From NCBI GenBank assembly GCA_951406725.2, contig OX597817.1, positions 140,120,001 to 140,184,000 of the forward strand: 64,000 nt of DNA, written 5' to 3'. Each line of letters begins with the position of its first letter. Within the stretch, counting starts at the first letter, position 1. The stretch comes from Octopus vulgaris. Taxonomy: Eukaryota. A model generated the notes under the pieces. That model was not told the DNA's origin. It did no database searches and saw only the letters and a program-made list of their open reading frames with translations. Positions 40,235 to 54,616 of the stretch are shown piece after piece. Position numbers and translations under genes: made by a program.

Positions 40235-41585
40235 TGTCAGCTGGGCATGCTATATCTATGATCCAGCATCATTTGCTTTCTTTCTCAATTAACACTCTGT
40301 CTGGTTTCCTATTTTTTATGTCATGGTTGCACTCAATCATAAAATCCTACAGGATCTTTGCATTATCATTTTCGATGATGCTTTCGAGTTTATGGTCGTA
40401 CAACTTTTTTGTTATGTCAAGTCCATACTTGTTGCAAAGTGTCCAACAGACAATCCTTGCTATATTGACATCGCGTCTCTTATATTCTTTCTGGGCTAGT
40501 GGCGAACAGTGATTGGTAATATACTATACAGTTTCACCATTTTGTCCACAAATTCTGCACTCTGTATTTGATGTAATTCGTTCTTAGCACTTTCTCTTGG
40601 GCAGTACAGATTAGAGCCTCCATTTCCGGTTTTAAATCACTTTTAGTTATCCATAGCCATCTTTTTTCTGTCTGTCTTACTGTCTTATCTTCAGCATCCC
40701 TATGAAATTGTCTATGCATTCTTTTCTTTATCCACCTATTCATTCATTCTCAAGTGCTTGTACAGTGCTTTATCTTTGCAATCTTCCGTCCTACGCAAGC
40801 CTGACCTTCATATTTCCAATATAGCATGCTATGTTGTTTTCATCTGCTTTAACGCTGTGTTCGCATCCAATCGGTCCTCTTTCCCTTATTTTGCTTGGTA
40901 CATACGGTCTGTCTGTGTCACTTTCTGGATGGAGCATCCCATATCTAGTCAGCAACTTCCTTGTCTTTCTGTCTAAACTGTTTAGTTCATCTACTGTCCA
41001 TGCGATTACCCCTGCTCCATATCTAAGGAGTTAAACTGCTCAGGTGTTGATAGCTTCAATCTTATTTCGTCCGTTTAATTTCGACTTAAGGATTATGTCT
41101 CAATCTACGCAAGTGCTCCACCTTAAATTTTTCTGTAATTTCTTTCACCATCAACCTATCCATTTCCAGTATCTCCAAGAACTCCGAGCACAGCTCTGTG
41201 TACCTTGAATATGTGCTGTGGTTTGTTGTGGTGCTCTCATTTTTACTGTATTGAAAATGTTTGACGCAGGATGTGTGTGGTGCCTCGTAGTGCCATTTTC
41301 TGCTGTATGTTATACACTTGTTAGTCCCAGTGTTTCTGTTATACATTTGGCTGAATTTTTTTTTTACCATATTTAACGCGCCTATGATAGAATTGTTTCT
41401 GTTTTTAGACTCCATATTCGAGTTACCTCTATTTCCAGATCTTTGTATTTTGAAAGTTTCTTCGTTTCTTTTAGAGAAACATTGTCATCTGTTGGTATTG
41501 ATACATCCATTTGAAAGCGATTTTTCTTGGTCATCTCTGACAACTATATACCGCCCATTAGCCTTGATTTCTCTATCTGTGTGTA
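40235..41585 (-). mobile_element. Two adjacent R4/Dong relics (~40235-41170 and ~41176-41585)
   Basis: MHRQF...WLWITKSDLKPEMEALICTAQEKVLRTNYIK; the second piece matches the 3' end and UTR of the 12779 element. Confidence 0.85.
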
Positions 41586-41757
41586 AGGCATCGCGCTGGC
41601 AAAATCGTTAGCACACTGGATGAAATGCTTAGCGTTCCGAGTTCCAGTTCCGCTGAGGTCGACTTTGTTTTCGTTCTTGCGAGGTCGATAAATTAAGTAT
41701 TGTGATCAACTATCTCTCTCCCCTCAAATTCAAAGCGTTGTGGATATAGTAGAAAGG

Positions 41758-41821
<64 letters not shown>

Positions 41822-43384
41822 TGCTTAGCGGCACTTCGTTCTGAGTTCAAACTTCGCCGAAGTTGTCCTTCATTCTTTTGAGGTCGATACAATAAATACC
41901 AGCAGGGTATTGGGGTTTAGTGAACCAGCATTCAGGGAATTGTACCTATTCTGATTACTGTCAACTTAGTTCTCTTGAATAGAAATACTGTTCCTATACT
42001 TTACTTAATAGAAATGGGATGTTGTAGTATTTATACTTTTCCCAAAGTCATTTATACAAAAAATGAAGTTTATCTGAAAATTGAAATTAGATTTTGGTCT
42101 TCGCTCGTTGGGGAAATTACTATTGCTTGATCTGCGATAATCACCAGATAGTTCATACACATTTTTCCCCTTGTTTTACAAAGCACCAAAGAAAAAATAT
42201 TTCAGGAGGTGTTTTAATCGTTCCAATTCCATGAAAAGTCATTTGCATCGAAAACGATGTAAAATAAATAGTTTCAATCAAGAATCGAACTTGGAGTGAG
42301 GTTCTGTTAGTCTGTGACTCGTCTCTGAAGAAATGAACTTCGTCCTTGATCGAGAGCAATTGTTGATTTAACTGACAAAGATTGATTTCGAATGTTTGGT
42401 TTGTATCTTTATCGATATTAGTTCACTAACAACACACGCCATTTGACATTTCAGTCACTATTTCTATAAACATGAATCATATAAATGTGATTTCTTTTTA
42501 AAATTATCGAACGATTATTGTTTCCAATCTAATTTTACCGCGCACGAGTAGCAAACCTAATGATCAACAAGAAACGCTGTAACAGGATTAAGTAGCGAAA
42601 TGTTCATCCTGCTTAATTTTTTGTCTTTATTGTCTCCAGATGTGTGGAAGTTATTTCGAAGTGAACTTTAAGAAATAACTTTGACCTTTAAGTGTGTATT
42701 CATTCTGTGGCTTTGACTTAAACCACTGGGAAGAAAGATTGAACAAAATATATATTTCGAGAGTGAGAAGGAAGAGGAGATGAGGAAGAAAAAAGAATGC
42801 AGAAGTGAAACGAGGAAAAGAAAACATTTATACGAGAGAGGAGTGTAGAAAGAATGGGACAAAGATTACAATATTAATAGATTGACTTCTCTCTCTCCCT
42901 CTGTCTCACCCCACTCTCTCAGATAATCACCCGTTTTCTTAGTTCCACAATTTGATATACTGTCGGCTTGAACGAAGCAATTCCATTGATATTGACGCAG
43001 CTTAAAAGATTCTGAAAATTCAGTAAAGCAATTTGTTTTGCCATATGTAAATGTAGAAAAACATTTCTGTGTACCCGAAGCCATCGGAAGAGATATTTCT
43101 GGGGACAGATATATTTATCAATAATAACTCTGTAATCAAAACGTCTGTGAAAACCAGTGATTGTTACAGCTGATAAGAGGTACGTGAAGTATTTGTTCCC
43201 TGATGGTATCACAAGAGAGTGAATGTCGTTAAACGGAAACGTCGTAGCCCCCAACAACTTGAATCTCCGATTTCAAATTCAAACCCCTTAAACCACCAAT
43301 GCTTTCCTTTCAAACTTTTTCAAAGTCTTCAGCTGTTCTGTTTAACCAATAACACAACTCAGCAGGTATTTTGCTGTCAGGACA

Positions 43385-44110
43385 TTTTTACCTGATTTGA
43401 AGGTCTTTTGATATGCTGAATCCAAAAAAGGGATCCATTTTTTTACCATCACATCTAGATTTTAAGATAACCAAACTCTATAATTTTCGCAATTTTCCTC
43501 ACTTTTCTCACTTTTTCAAAAATGACTCATTTTTACTGATAGCTCGAAAAGAATTTTGAAATCTGTTCTACCTCATCAGGGAAATATATTTGCCTCTGTT
43601 CCAATTAGTCACTCTACAAAACTAGCAGAAAAATATGAAGTCGTGAAAACAGTTGTAGAGACAATTAAGTACCACAATCATTAAGTGGGTGACATGCGTT
43701 GACTTTAAGATGGTCAGTTTTCTCCTGGGATCACAAAGTAGATGCATTAATTATCCATGCTTTTTCGTGTATGGAGGACAGCAGAGCCAGGGGAAAACAT
43801 TGGATGACCAAAGAATGGTTGCCGTGAACATTAGATCCAGTCTTTTAATAAAGTTGAAGAGCCTTTGATTCAACCGAGAAAAATCGCCCTACCTCCTCTC
43901 CATATCAAACTTGGCATTATGAAGGAATTTGTTAAAACTCTGGATTAAGATGGACCATGCTTTCACTATATCTGTGGCACATTTCTGAGCAGTGAAAAAA
44001 TATAAGATAGAGTATTTGATGGTCTTCAGATCAGAAAATTGATGAAAAATGAGAACTTTGTAAGTAGAATGAATTGCATTAAAGTAGAAGCTAGAAACGT
44101 AGTTTTGGCG
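43385..44110 (+). mobile_element. Chapaev3-type (CMC) transposase relic
   Basis: SVPISHS...DFKMVSFLLG...YPC...DSRARGKHW...LPPLHIKLGIMKEFVKTL...VFDGLQIRKL. Confidence 0.85.
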
Positions 44111-44159
44111 AGAAGGAAACAGCAGCCAACTCTGCCGAAATAGTCGACAACATGCCGGT

Positions 44160-44820
44160 TAATCCGTAGATCTCATGCTGGTTGGTTCAGCTTAAAGAAT
44201 CCATCCTACGACATTTTAATTAGATGTTTGTAGTAGCAGAGCTGTGATCTCTCGATGTAGCGGTTCGACCTGGAGAGAATCCCTAATCTCCGAGTTATGC
44301 AGCCTGACGAGTAACGTTGCTTCAGACATACTTGAGAGGAAGTCCATCCCGACTGCTTCTATTCGCGATCGTACTCTTTCAGTCATTATTCAACAGTCAT
44401 GACCAGAGGTGAAAATAGGTGCGAAAACCAAATTGAAGAGAGCGAGTTTGGCTTTTTTTACCAACCTCTCCTTGCCCGAAGATCAAATGCTGGAGATGGT
44501 ACATTACCTTTCCAGTGCCTGCAGTTCAGCTTCTTGTGTTTCCATCACACGTGTATGCAGCCCCAAGATACTTAAACTTCTCCACTTGTCTCAAAGATGT
44601 TTCACTAACATGCAGAGTGCACTAGGGCGAGTTTCTTGAGAGAATCGCTGTCTCAGTCTTTGCAACATTCATTCTCACTCCCTGCTTTGCAGCCCTCGGC
44701 AGTGAACCCATTCAGTGTATACTGGAGATCATGTTCTCATGAGCCATGTCATCAAGAACTGTCAGCCGACCAATCCTACATCCACCAACTGTGATTCTAC
44801 TTCCACAATGGCTGCGCATG
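44160..44820 (-). mobile_element. RTE-like LINE RT relic
   Basis: LDDMA...MNVAKTE...VEKFKYLG after frameshifts. Confidence 0.65.
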
Positions 44821-46703
44821 TCAACCCAGTTCGTAAAAATTACGAAAAGTAGAAGTAGCAACACCCACATCCTGGTTTTGAAGACCCCCCGAAAATTCAT
44901 TATGAAAGTACATTGATCGAAAACCAAATTCGGTGAAAGAAAAATTGATAGAAACCATATTAGTCGCGGAAAAGTAACAATATTCGTCAAAATCTAAATA
45001 GTTTAAATATTTTTCTAAGAAATATTTCGAAACAATGATTGCATGTGAAAGATATAAACGCTAACAAAGGTATGATAAAAAACAAACCCCATAAGTTTGT
45101 GAGAAGCAAGCCTGGAAATATGTATGGTAATGTCGGGAGATCCGTTCAACAGAATACAATGGTTCTTGGAAAGCCTTGTTGAAATTTTAGGTAAGTGCAG
45201 ATTGGGCTTTAAACCAGTTGATATCAGCTTTTATAGCCTGTTGATTGCTCATGACATTTTAGCCAGCATGACCGGTGTTAACATTTGTTAATGTCCAATT
45301 TCTTTGGGGTTTTTTCTCTGTCAATAGCTATCGTAATAGCCATTTCTAAAAGATTTTTCTGGAAGTTTATACCTCGAGAAAAAGGCGTCGTGAACGATAT
45401 GGTGGACTTTTTTTCTTGTATGGAATGAGGAATACATTATAAGACAGGACTGCACAAATAATCATATGAAAGCCTTGCGTAAACATTTTGACTTCATTGC
45501 TACAAGACATTCATATGTTTATCTCGTGTGCAACATTATACGTCGACAACATCTCGTTGAAACTCGTTAGTTTTTGTACGAATTGGTGCTCATGTTGAAC
45601 CAAAGAATTTTAAAAGTATTATTTCCTCAAAAGGATTTCGAACTGTTGAACTGGACAATGTAAATAAGAGAAATTTAAAATTATCTGTGAGATATTGGCG
45701 TATAATCTTGGATGTAAATAATCGTTTCATCTTTTCTCATAATTACGTTCATTTTCTTATAAAGAAAAGTGTCTGAGAATAAATTGAAAATATATTTCAT
45801 TTAAAAAATAACCGATTCATAATGTTTTTAAAATAAAAATAAATTGCTTAAAAAATTAATCGACATTTAGTTTCTTTGTGTTTCTACGAATATTACACGA
45901 ATATGTCTTTTGATAAAGGCTATGTCGATTAATGTGTTTTCGGTCAATTTTCTATTCTGCCAGTAGGCTTTCGACCTATGTTTAAAAACAATCGTCCATC
46001 CGATGAGTACGCAGTAGTTGATTGGTGAACACCAAATACCTGTCTGAACAGGGTATACACTGTTTTGAAATTTATTTTTTGCTTATCAAAGATGAATACC
46101 TGTGAATATATTCAAAGACTGCGCGCTCTTCATTGTCCTCAATTCTCTCTGTAAAGTTGGTTTCTAGTTCTTCATTAATTCCTATCCTCAAATGTTCTTT
46201 TTAAGGTAAATCAGGATTGATCAAATTCTGGTGTTATTTAAGTATTTCTGTGTTATTTTCATCGAATCAATCTTTATGTTTACGGGTCCAGAAGTCAAAG
46301 AACAGAGAGCGGAGGCATAAACCTCTCTTTCGAAGTCTGGCTGTAAACCATTATCCGATGAATTTGTTGCAGCTTCACAAAAAGTTTGCAGTTTTTGTTG
46401 GATCTCGGATTTTTCAGCATTCAACTGTTTTCGACGAATCTTCGTGTGATTCGGTGTAAGCATTTTCTTAAAGACTAGTTTTGCTCATTCAAGGTAGTTA
46501 TCTGTTCAACATGTAGTCTCTTACAGAATTTTAGTTCTGCAGAGTCACGAATGTCACGTTTACGTGCCATTATGAAATCAGTCAGTAAAAATAACCGTTA
46601 TCTACCTATCTATCTGTCTGCGTCTGCGTCTGTCTATCTGTCCATCCATCCGTCCACCTACCAACCTACCTACCTACCTGTCAATACACACACACGCGCA
46701 CAC

Positions 46704-46748
<45 letters not shown>

Positions 46749-47608
46749 CACACACGCACACACAGACGCGAAAACACACACACGCACACTCGAACACACA
46801 CACACATACGCACACACACACACACACACATGCACACACGCACACTCATACACACACACACACACAATTATATGCAATGGGATTCCACTCGGTTTCTACG
46901 TATCAAATTCCAATCCCAGTCCATTTATTCATCATCCACCATTGTTAGTAGCCCGAAAATGTTTCACAGTACAATAGGACAAGTAACCTATGTTACTTGT
47001 GAAAGCTGCTTCTTAACCACATGACCACACCAGAATCATACTTAATTTGTACCATTTGTTTTGTTGACAAAACGAACTATTTATTATATTCCTAAATATT
47101 ACAGAACTAAACCCTATAACCGGGTTTTCTTAATTCTGACAACCACTGCCCTGATAAAAGAATAATAAGGGATTCCAGATGCACAATTGTGTGTTTCAAG
47201 GTTTTTGTTTCGATCGATCCAATAATTGTCTGGAATTCTATTTTATTGATCCAGAAAGTATTTCAGTCTCGGTTGAGCCATGTCTTGCCCTAATTCAAGA
47301 GATTATAGTAATTTCATTCTTTGAGTGTTGGTGACGACAGAGGGAATCGAACCAAGACTGCCCATTTGATTGTATTTAGTCCTGTTCTTATTGGTTCTAG
47401 ATTTACCTTCAAGAAACAGTTGACGGTATCAGGAGTTCCTATTACTCGCCTTCCTTGGACATTTAAGAATGAAAATATCAGTATAGCGTTATATTCTGCT
47501 ATATTCCAACATGATTTAAGTTTGAGTCTACACGAATAAAAGAAAAACATAATTTATAAGTTTGATTCAAAGCCTTGAATCTATGTCCACGGTATAATCT
47601 CTTTTTAT

Positions 47609-47841
47609 AAGGCGGCGAGCTGGCAGAAACGTTAACACGGCGAGCGAAATGCGTAGCCGTATTTCGTCTGCCGTTACGTTGTGAGTTCAAATTCCGCCGA
47701 GGTCGACTTTGCCTTTCATCCTTTCGGGGTCGATTAAATAATTACCAGTTACGCACTGGGGTCGATATAATCAACTTAATCCGTTTGTCTGTCCTTGTTT
47801 GTCCTCTCTGTGTTTAGCTCCTTCTGGGTAGTAAAGAAATA
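47609..47841 (+). mobile_element. SINE family 1 with 18-bp TSD
   Basis: GGTATAATCTCTTTTTAT at 47591-47608 and 47842-47859. Confidence 0.95.
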
Positions 47842-49208
47842 GGTATAATCTCTTTTTATCGTCTTAAAGAATGGACAACGCACAAAAGCGGTTGCTGTGC
47901 GATTTGAAACTTAGAAAGGAAAGAGGAATATCTCAATAGTAGAAGACACTTCATGTGGGGCTCTTCATTCTACGAACATGGAGGCTCCGAAAATAAAAAC
48001 AAAACTGGTATGGTGATAGTGCTGAGGAAGAATGCTGCGAGTGGTGCTGCTGGCGGTAGTGTTGAGTATAAGAGAGATTTGAGTGAGTGGAATACGGCGT
48101 TCGTTCTTCTATTAGAACAAGAAAACAAAGCAAATCGTTGTAAGCCATTCTTAAATTGAACTGACACACTTTCATAATCCATTTTCGTTTTTGTTTGTAT
48201 TTTGATTCTGAAATATCAAAGCAAAGCGATTGATATTTGTCGAGCAAATAGCGAAGAGCGTAAAATGGCAATGAATGTTTGATAATTTAGAAAGTATTCT
48301 GCCTTTGTAATTATTTTCAACAGAATTCCTATGGGATTTAAGCATTGTTCTCACGCAATCTTGTTTGTGTTCGATCATATTTTAGAGCCAAGAGCTTTGC
48401 GCACTCTTTAGAACTGAAGGTTCGATAAAGAGCTCTGTTCAACCGAACCAAACGCACACACCGTGTAATGGCAACTATGTATTCTGATATTTGTAATACT
48501 TTTCCTGCTTTTATTCGCTTATAATTCTCGGCTAATAGCTTCCAGTAATGATTTTTAACAATTTCCATATCATTCCTTCCTCTTGCTACAAACTACTTAC
48601 TCTCAAACCAGAGCACTGAACTGCTCATTCATAACTAAATTTATTCAGTCGTGTTACCTACAATGCAAATATTGTGATCTTACTGACAATTATTCGTTCG
48701 CATGTCACCGAAATAAACAGCATTCTATTTTCCGTAGGTGCAAGGGAAAATTGGGATTCTGCTATCGATTCTAATCAGCAGTCAGTGGATGATGACCTAT
48801 TGATTACGTAAATATTGATTTTGTTTGACAAAGTACAGGAATAGATTTTACAAAGAAAGGTAAACTGAATGATCTCTTTGTAGTTATGTATTTTATTGAT
48901 TTCATAAAGATGAAAAGACAAAACCGAGGAAGCGCTGATTCTGGCACCCCACACACTCACATTACCTTTACACGTTTTACAAAGACAGGTATGTTGAGCT
49001 AACGGCCTCATTTACTTGCCTGATATTTATTGTATTTCTCTTGGAGGAATGAACGATAAAGTGGATTCATATGGACTCGAACCTGGAATGCCACAAGACG
49101 TACACCAATACTACACGTCTAACATACAACTTTTTTTCCGAATGTCACTGCGTTTTCTCTTTATGTACTTCCAAAACCAAAACTCTTTGCAGTTTACTCT
49201 CTCTCTTT

Positions 49209-49266
<58 letters not shown>

Positions 49267-49676
49267 AAAAGATAATTTACCCAAGTTCTTTTATGTGACA
49301 TTGACATGAACACCTCCGTAGTTGATGTCATCTTCCACTGTGACTCAGCTGAAACTTAGGTTGCATCCGGGTGATTAGTCATGTCATTGGTATTTTGTCA
49401 TTCTGCTTCTGCTGCTACTGCTGCCACTGCTGCTGCTGCTGCTGTTACTGTCATACTGCTGCCATGCTGTGCATCATCTATTATATCGCTGATAACCAAT
49501 AATCACATTAAGCTCTCTTACTGTCGCCGATAATATAAGACTCGGCGTATCCGGTTCGATTGACTAATATCAGTCTTAGATAACAACAGGCATTGTTAGT
49601 GAATACACATCAACGGGATTAAATAACATGTTCATGTTGTTGCTGCTGACCGTAGACATTTCTACATGCATGTGTA

Positions 49677-49721
<45 letters not shown>

Positions 49722-50009
49722 GTCCGTGTGTACATTGGTTATTTGAATTATTTCGTCATACCTGAAGGTGTCGTGCGGAGAGTCTGCCAAACGCATTGAA
49801 TTATTTCAGACACTCCACCGATTGGTGAAAATAATTCGCTTTGCCAAAGCACTGTTGAACTAGACTCTCCACCATTACACACTTCTAACACAGCTCTACA
49901 CTAAACATTTTATGTCATATGTATGTATGTATATACATACATACACATATGTGTGTGTGTGTATGTATTTATGTATGTATTCGAAAGCCAACTTCAAGAA
50001 GTGTAATAA

Positions 50010-50222
50010 TAGTTTCAAATATTGGCACAAAGCCATCAAGTTCGGGGGAGGGGATATCGATTACATCGATCCCAGTGCTCAATTCATACTTATGATATTG
50101 ATCCTGAAGGGTTGAAGCGTAAACTCAATCTCAGCAGAATTTGAATTCAGAATGTAAGGACGTTCGAGATGCCACTAAGCATTTTATCCGGCGTGCAAAC
50201 GATTCTGCCAGCTCGCCGCCTT
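50010..50222 (-). mobile_element. Diverged SINE family 1 copy
   Basis: TCTGCCAGCTCGCCGCCTT terminus; other diverged copies near 39900, 40113, 41586 and 49020. Confidence 0.7.
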
Positions 50223-50249
50223 TCAAAAAATGTAATATCGACACCGACA

Positions 50250-50480
50250 GCAAGGAGAGAAATGATCAAGATTGATAAACCTGGCGATCCAATATCGGAG
50301 AGGGACTAACGACTTTTGTGACCAGTTGGACTACCGGACAAGAAAAAAGAAGAGTCGCAGAAATGATAGACAAGACCAGGAAAGGTACCTTTCATCCGGA
50401 ACCACCTGTCCTACTTGTGGAAGGAACTTCTGACCCAGAATTAAGCTTATCAGTCGTCTCATTATCCTTCAACAACAATA
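50250..50480 (+). mobile_element. RTE LINE 3' end relic
   Basis: GTTCPTCGRNF*PRIKLISR (RTE C-terminal C2H2-like motif) followed by a (CAA)n tail. Confidence 0.7.
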
Positions 50481-50533
50481 AAAAAAGCCATCATCCTCTT
50501 TCTCGAGTGACAACCATAACAATGATATATGTA

Positions 50534-50584
<51 letters not shown>

Positions 50585-51341
50585 CAATTGAAGGAGAGGT
50601 GTCAATCCTTTACAGCAGTTTCTAACGAATTTTTTTATTGATAGATGAGTACATTATATCGTTCTAAAAACCATTTTCATCGGCTGAATACATGAATCTG
50701 ACAATCAAGGACATTTATAATCATTTATAATAATTTAAAACCACGGTGACACACATATTAAATGATTCTGCTACTAGCTTAATCGAAAAAAAAAAATCGG
50801 TAGAAACGGTCGTAATGGATTGACAACTGTCCTTTAATTATTATTTATTTTTAATTCATCTATACGAGAACACGCCCCTCGCGTGTTCTATGGACTGTAT
50901 ATTTAATAAAATGTCTGAATAGGTCAAGAGCGGGTGATATACTCTGTTGGGTACAATTAACTGTATACATTACCTGAATATCATTCTGCCAGTACATCTG
51001 TACCAAGGTTGGTGTTCATCTATAATCGTTGTGCGTGCATTTTATTCCGACCTAACTAGACGCCTAAATTTTAAGTATCTTGTTCAACCGAATTTTGCTT
51101 TTATTACACACACGCACACACGCACGCACACACGCACGCACGCACACACGCACGCACACACGTACGCACACACGCACGCACACACGCACGCACACACACA
51201 CACACACGCACACACACACATATATCATACAGACAAGAAATTGATATTTCGAATGCGCTACAGCTTTCTAAATATTACTAGTCTGTACGATACGATACAC
51301 ATTCGACGCTTCCCAAAACAAAATAAGGTTGTCTATGTTGT

Positions 51342-51373
<32 letters not shown>

Positions 51374-51374
51374 C

Positions 51375-51521
51375 GAAAGAAGGTTTGAAAATGCAATTTA
51401 AAAGATGTTTATTTACTTAACCGGTTTCACTCTTTGGAAAAAGATTGACAATCTTTTTCCAAAGAGTGAAACCGGTTAAGTAAATAAACATCTTTTAAAT
51501 TGCATTTTCAAACCTTCTTTC
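51375..51521. repeat. Perfect palindrome with 73-bp arms and 1-nt spacer
   Basis: 51375-51447 is the exact reverse complement of 51449-51521. Confidence 0.95.
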
Positions 51522-51654
51522 TTATATAATTCCACTCGTGCGATACCCCACAACTCAACTTTGTTATATATATATATACATATAGTGTGTGTGAGAGAGA
51601 GAGAGAGAGGGGGAGAGGGAGAAGCATACAGAGACAGAGAGAATGAGAGAGAGA

Positions 51655-51794
51655 GTTCAAATTTACAGAAAACAAAAGACAAAGGCAGGTGAGGCAACAA
51701 CAAGCAGGTGTATCAGTTTAACGCTTGGGAAGAATGGAAAACTCTTTGACGTTTCCAGCCTATGCTCTACGATAGAAAGGATTTAGAGGGAAGA
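51655..51794 (-). mobile_element. Old family B hammerhead element split by the mariner (5' part at ~53024-53095)
   Basis: cttt-CTATCGT-a-gagc-atag-gctg-GAAACGTC-aaag at 51744-51779. Confidence 0.65.
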
Positions 51795-51796
51795 TA

Positions 51797-53021
51797 TTAG
51801 GTAGTCAAGTGTGAAATTTGTAGAAAAGAAAAAAAGTTTGCTAATGTTTTATAAATACAAGGAATAGCTTTATTCATCAAAGTATGCACCCATATTGTCA
51901 ACACATCTTTGCCATTTCAGCGCTAGCTTATCCAGCTCGGAACTGTAAAAACCTGGCAATCGAGAGGCAATAAAATCTTGGAAAGCCTGTTTTACAGCAT
52001 CGTTGGAATTAAATTTTTTTCCTGCCAAAAAGTTATTCAAATTTTGGAAGAAGTGGTAGTCAGTGGGGGCAAGATCAGGTGAGCATGGTGGATGATGGAG
52101 AACTTACAAATCCAACCTCTGTAGTTTTGCCAATGTAATTTTTTGCGATGTGTGGTCTGACGTTGTCTTGCAATAAAATAGGAGTGGATCTGTTGACTAA
52201 TCTAGGCTGTTTTTTTTCTTTGTAAGTTTCTGCATCTTTGGTCCAGTTGGCTGCAGTATACTTCGGCCGTGATTGATGGGTCAGGATTAATGAAATCATA
52301 ATGGATCACACCTGCGCCAGACCACCAAACACACAGCATCAGCTTCTTTTGATAAATTTTGCTTTTTGGACTTAAATTTGGTGGCTCGTCTTTGTCCAAC
52401 CATTGAGCTGTATGTTTACTGTTGTTGTATTGGATCCATTTCTCATCACATGTTACAATTCGATTAAAAAATGATTCATTTTTGTGACGAGAAAGTAGCA
52501 TAATACAGGCTTCCAACCGCTGCTGTTTCTGGTTTTCATTGAGTTCATGTAGAACCCACTTATCCAACTTTTTCACATTACCGATTTGAATCAGGTGAGT
52601 CAATATTGTTTGCTTTCTAACACCAAACAACAACGATAATTCACGAGCACTTTGAGATGGATCTGACTCGACGGTGGCTTTCAGTTTTTCATTATCCACC
52701 TTTGTTTTTGGTCGGCAACGCTGCTCAATTGTGAAATCAAAATTACCAGAACGAAATTTTGCAAGCCTATTTAGTACTGTCTGCTGTGTAATAACATTAG
52801 AATGAAATACTCCATAAATATTTCGAGCTGTTTGTGATGCTGTTGTTCCGAGAAAGAGCTCACATTTCAAAACTGTACGAATTTCCGACTTAGCCATCTC
52901 TAAGCAAAAATAACAAAAAACAATTTATAAATACTTTATAAGGCGCAAAATGAGCAGCTGTCAAAGTTTACCATATAACTTACCTTACACCTTACTACAA
53001 ATTTCATACTTGACGACCAAA
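51797..53021 (-). mobile_element. Full-length mariner (DD34D) with frameshifted transposase
   Basis: 27-bp TIRs (51797-51823 and 52995-53021, 3 mismatches), TA TSD, WVLHEL, TCDEKW, QDNVRPH, CSPDLAPTDYHFF. Confidence 0.95.
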
Positions 53022-54557
53022 TAATACGGAGAAAGAACGAAAAAAAAGAAAGCGGAGAGAGAAAAAAATGTGTACGGGTAACGGCTCAACATGATTATAT
53101 ATATATATATATATATTCCAGGTGGTGCTATTAAGTTAGACATGAATGTATGTATGTATGTATGTATGTATGTATGTATGTATGTATGTATGTATGTATG
53201 TATGTATGTATGTATGTATGTATGTATACACACATACATATACCTGGCTGTATCTGAAGACACCAAGCATTATCATCATGCTAATATCGGTGTGTGTGTA
53301 CGAAGAAGAAAGAATTATAGGTACGCCAATACTGAATTCAATATTTAGTCAATTCCTAACGAAGTAGAACTCTTTTAAACGATGATGTATTTACATATAT
53401 TCTCAGCGCTTTGTAGTATGAACTGAATCCTAAACATTTGTATAGTATTCTTCGACTTGCGGAGTGACGTTTGATCGCATGTTCCAAAAGGGCATAACAC
53501 TGTCCTACTATAAATTAGTTATATACGTGAAACTATAGAACCCCGTTTACTACACTAATGATTGTGTACGTAACTTATGAAACTTGGAATTTCATATGGA
53601 CATATATTTAAAAAAAACATTTGTGTATTTAGATTACGCTGTTACGAATAATTTTAGATATTTAACTGTGCACAAATATTATTATAATTAAATTTGTCTT
53701 CAGCTACTGAATACTATCGTGACATTAACATTTATATATAATCAATAAACTATAGCATTGTGTGTGTGTGTGTGTGTATGTGTGTGTGTGTGTGTGTGTC
53801 TATACACACATACATATATATCTATATATATGTGTGTATATTTATATGTGTACATACACACAAATTGCACGATTTAATTCGATCGCATCCACACCTTCAT
53901 CCTTCAATAAGATTCCATTTCTGAAAAGATGTAATTTTCCATCAAATGCACTGTACTGGAAGTTCTTATTAAGTCTCATTTATGTTACACACCCTTATAA
54001 ATACAGTGAACAGCAGAGATTGAAAGAAATCCGGCTCCAGCTTAGACAGAAGAGTACACTATTTTCAATTTGCCAAATTACAATCTAGCGTTGATATAAA
54101 CACAGAGTCACCGTACTTGTCATATTTGATGCTACGGTCGCTGCAATTAGACATTCCGTAATGCTTTCCAATACTCACCAATACATACATGCATACATAC
54201 ATACATACATACATACATACATACATACATACATACATACATACATACATACATACATAAACACATATTTGCACGGGCACACATAGATGTTTGCATTTGT
54301 ATATATTTATGTGCATATGTATGTATGTGTAATTTATATTTACACACACACACACACACATATGTGTGTGTGTGTATACATATACGCATAGCTAATACAC
54401 ATACATTTCCAAATTTCAAATTTCTTCTTCTTCTTCTTCTTCTTCTTCTTCTTCTTCTTCTTCTTCTTCTTCTTCTTCTTCTTCTCCTTCTTCTTCTTCT
54501 TCTTCTTCTTTTCTCTTTCTCTCTCTCTCTCTCTGTTGAAATGTGTGTGTGTGAGTG

Positions 54558-54616
<59 letters not shown>

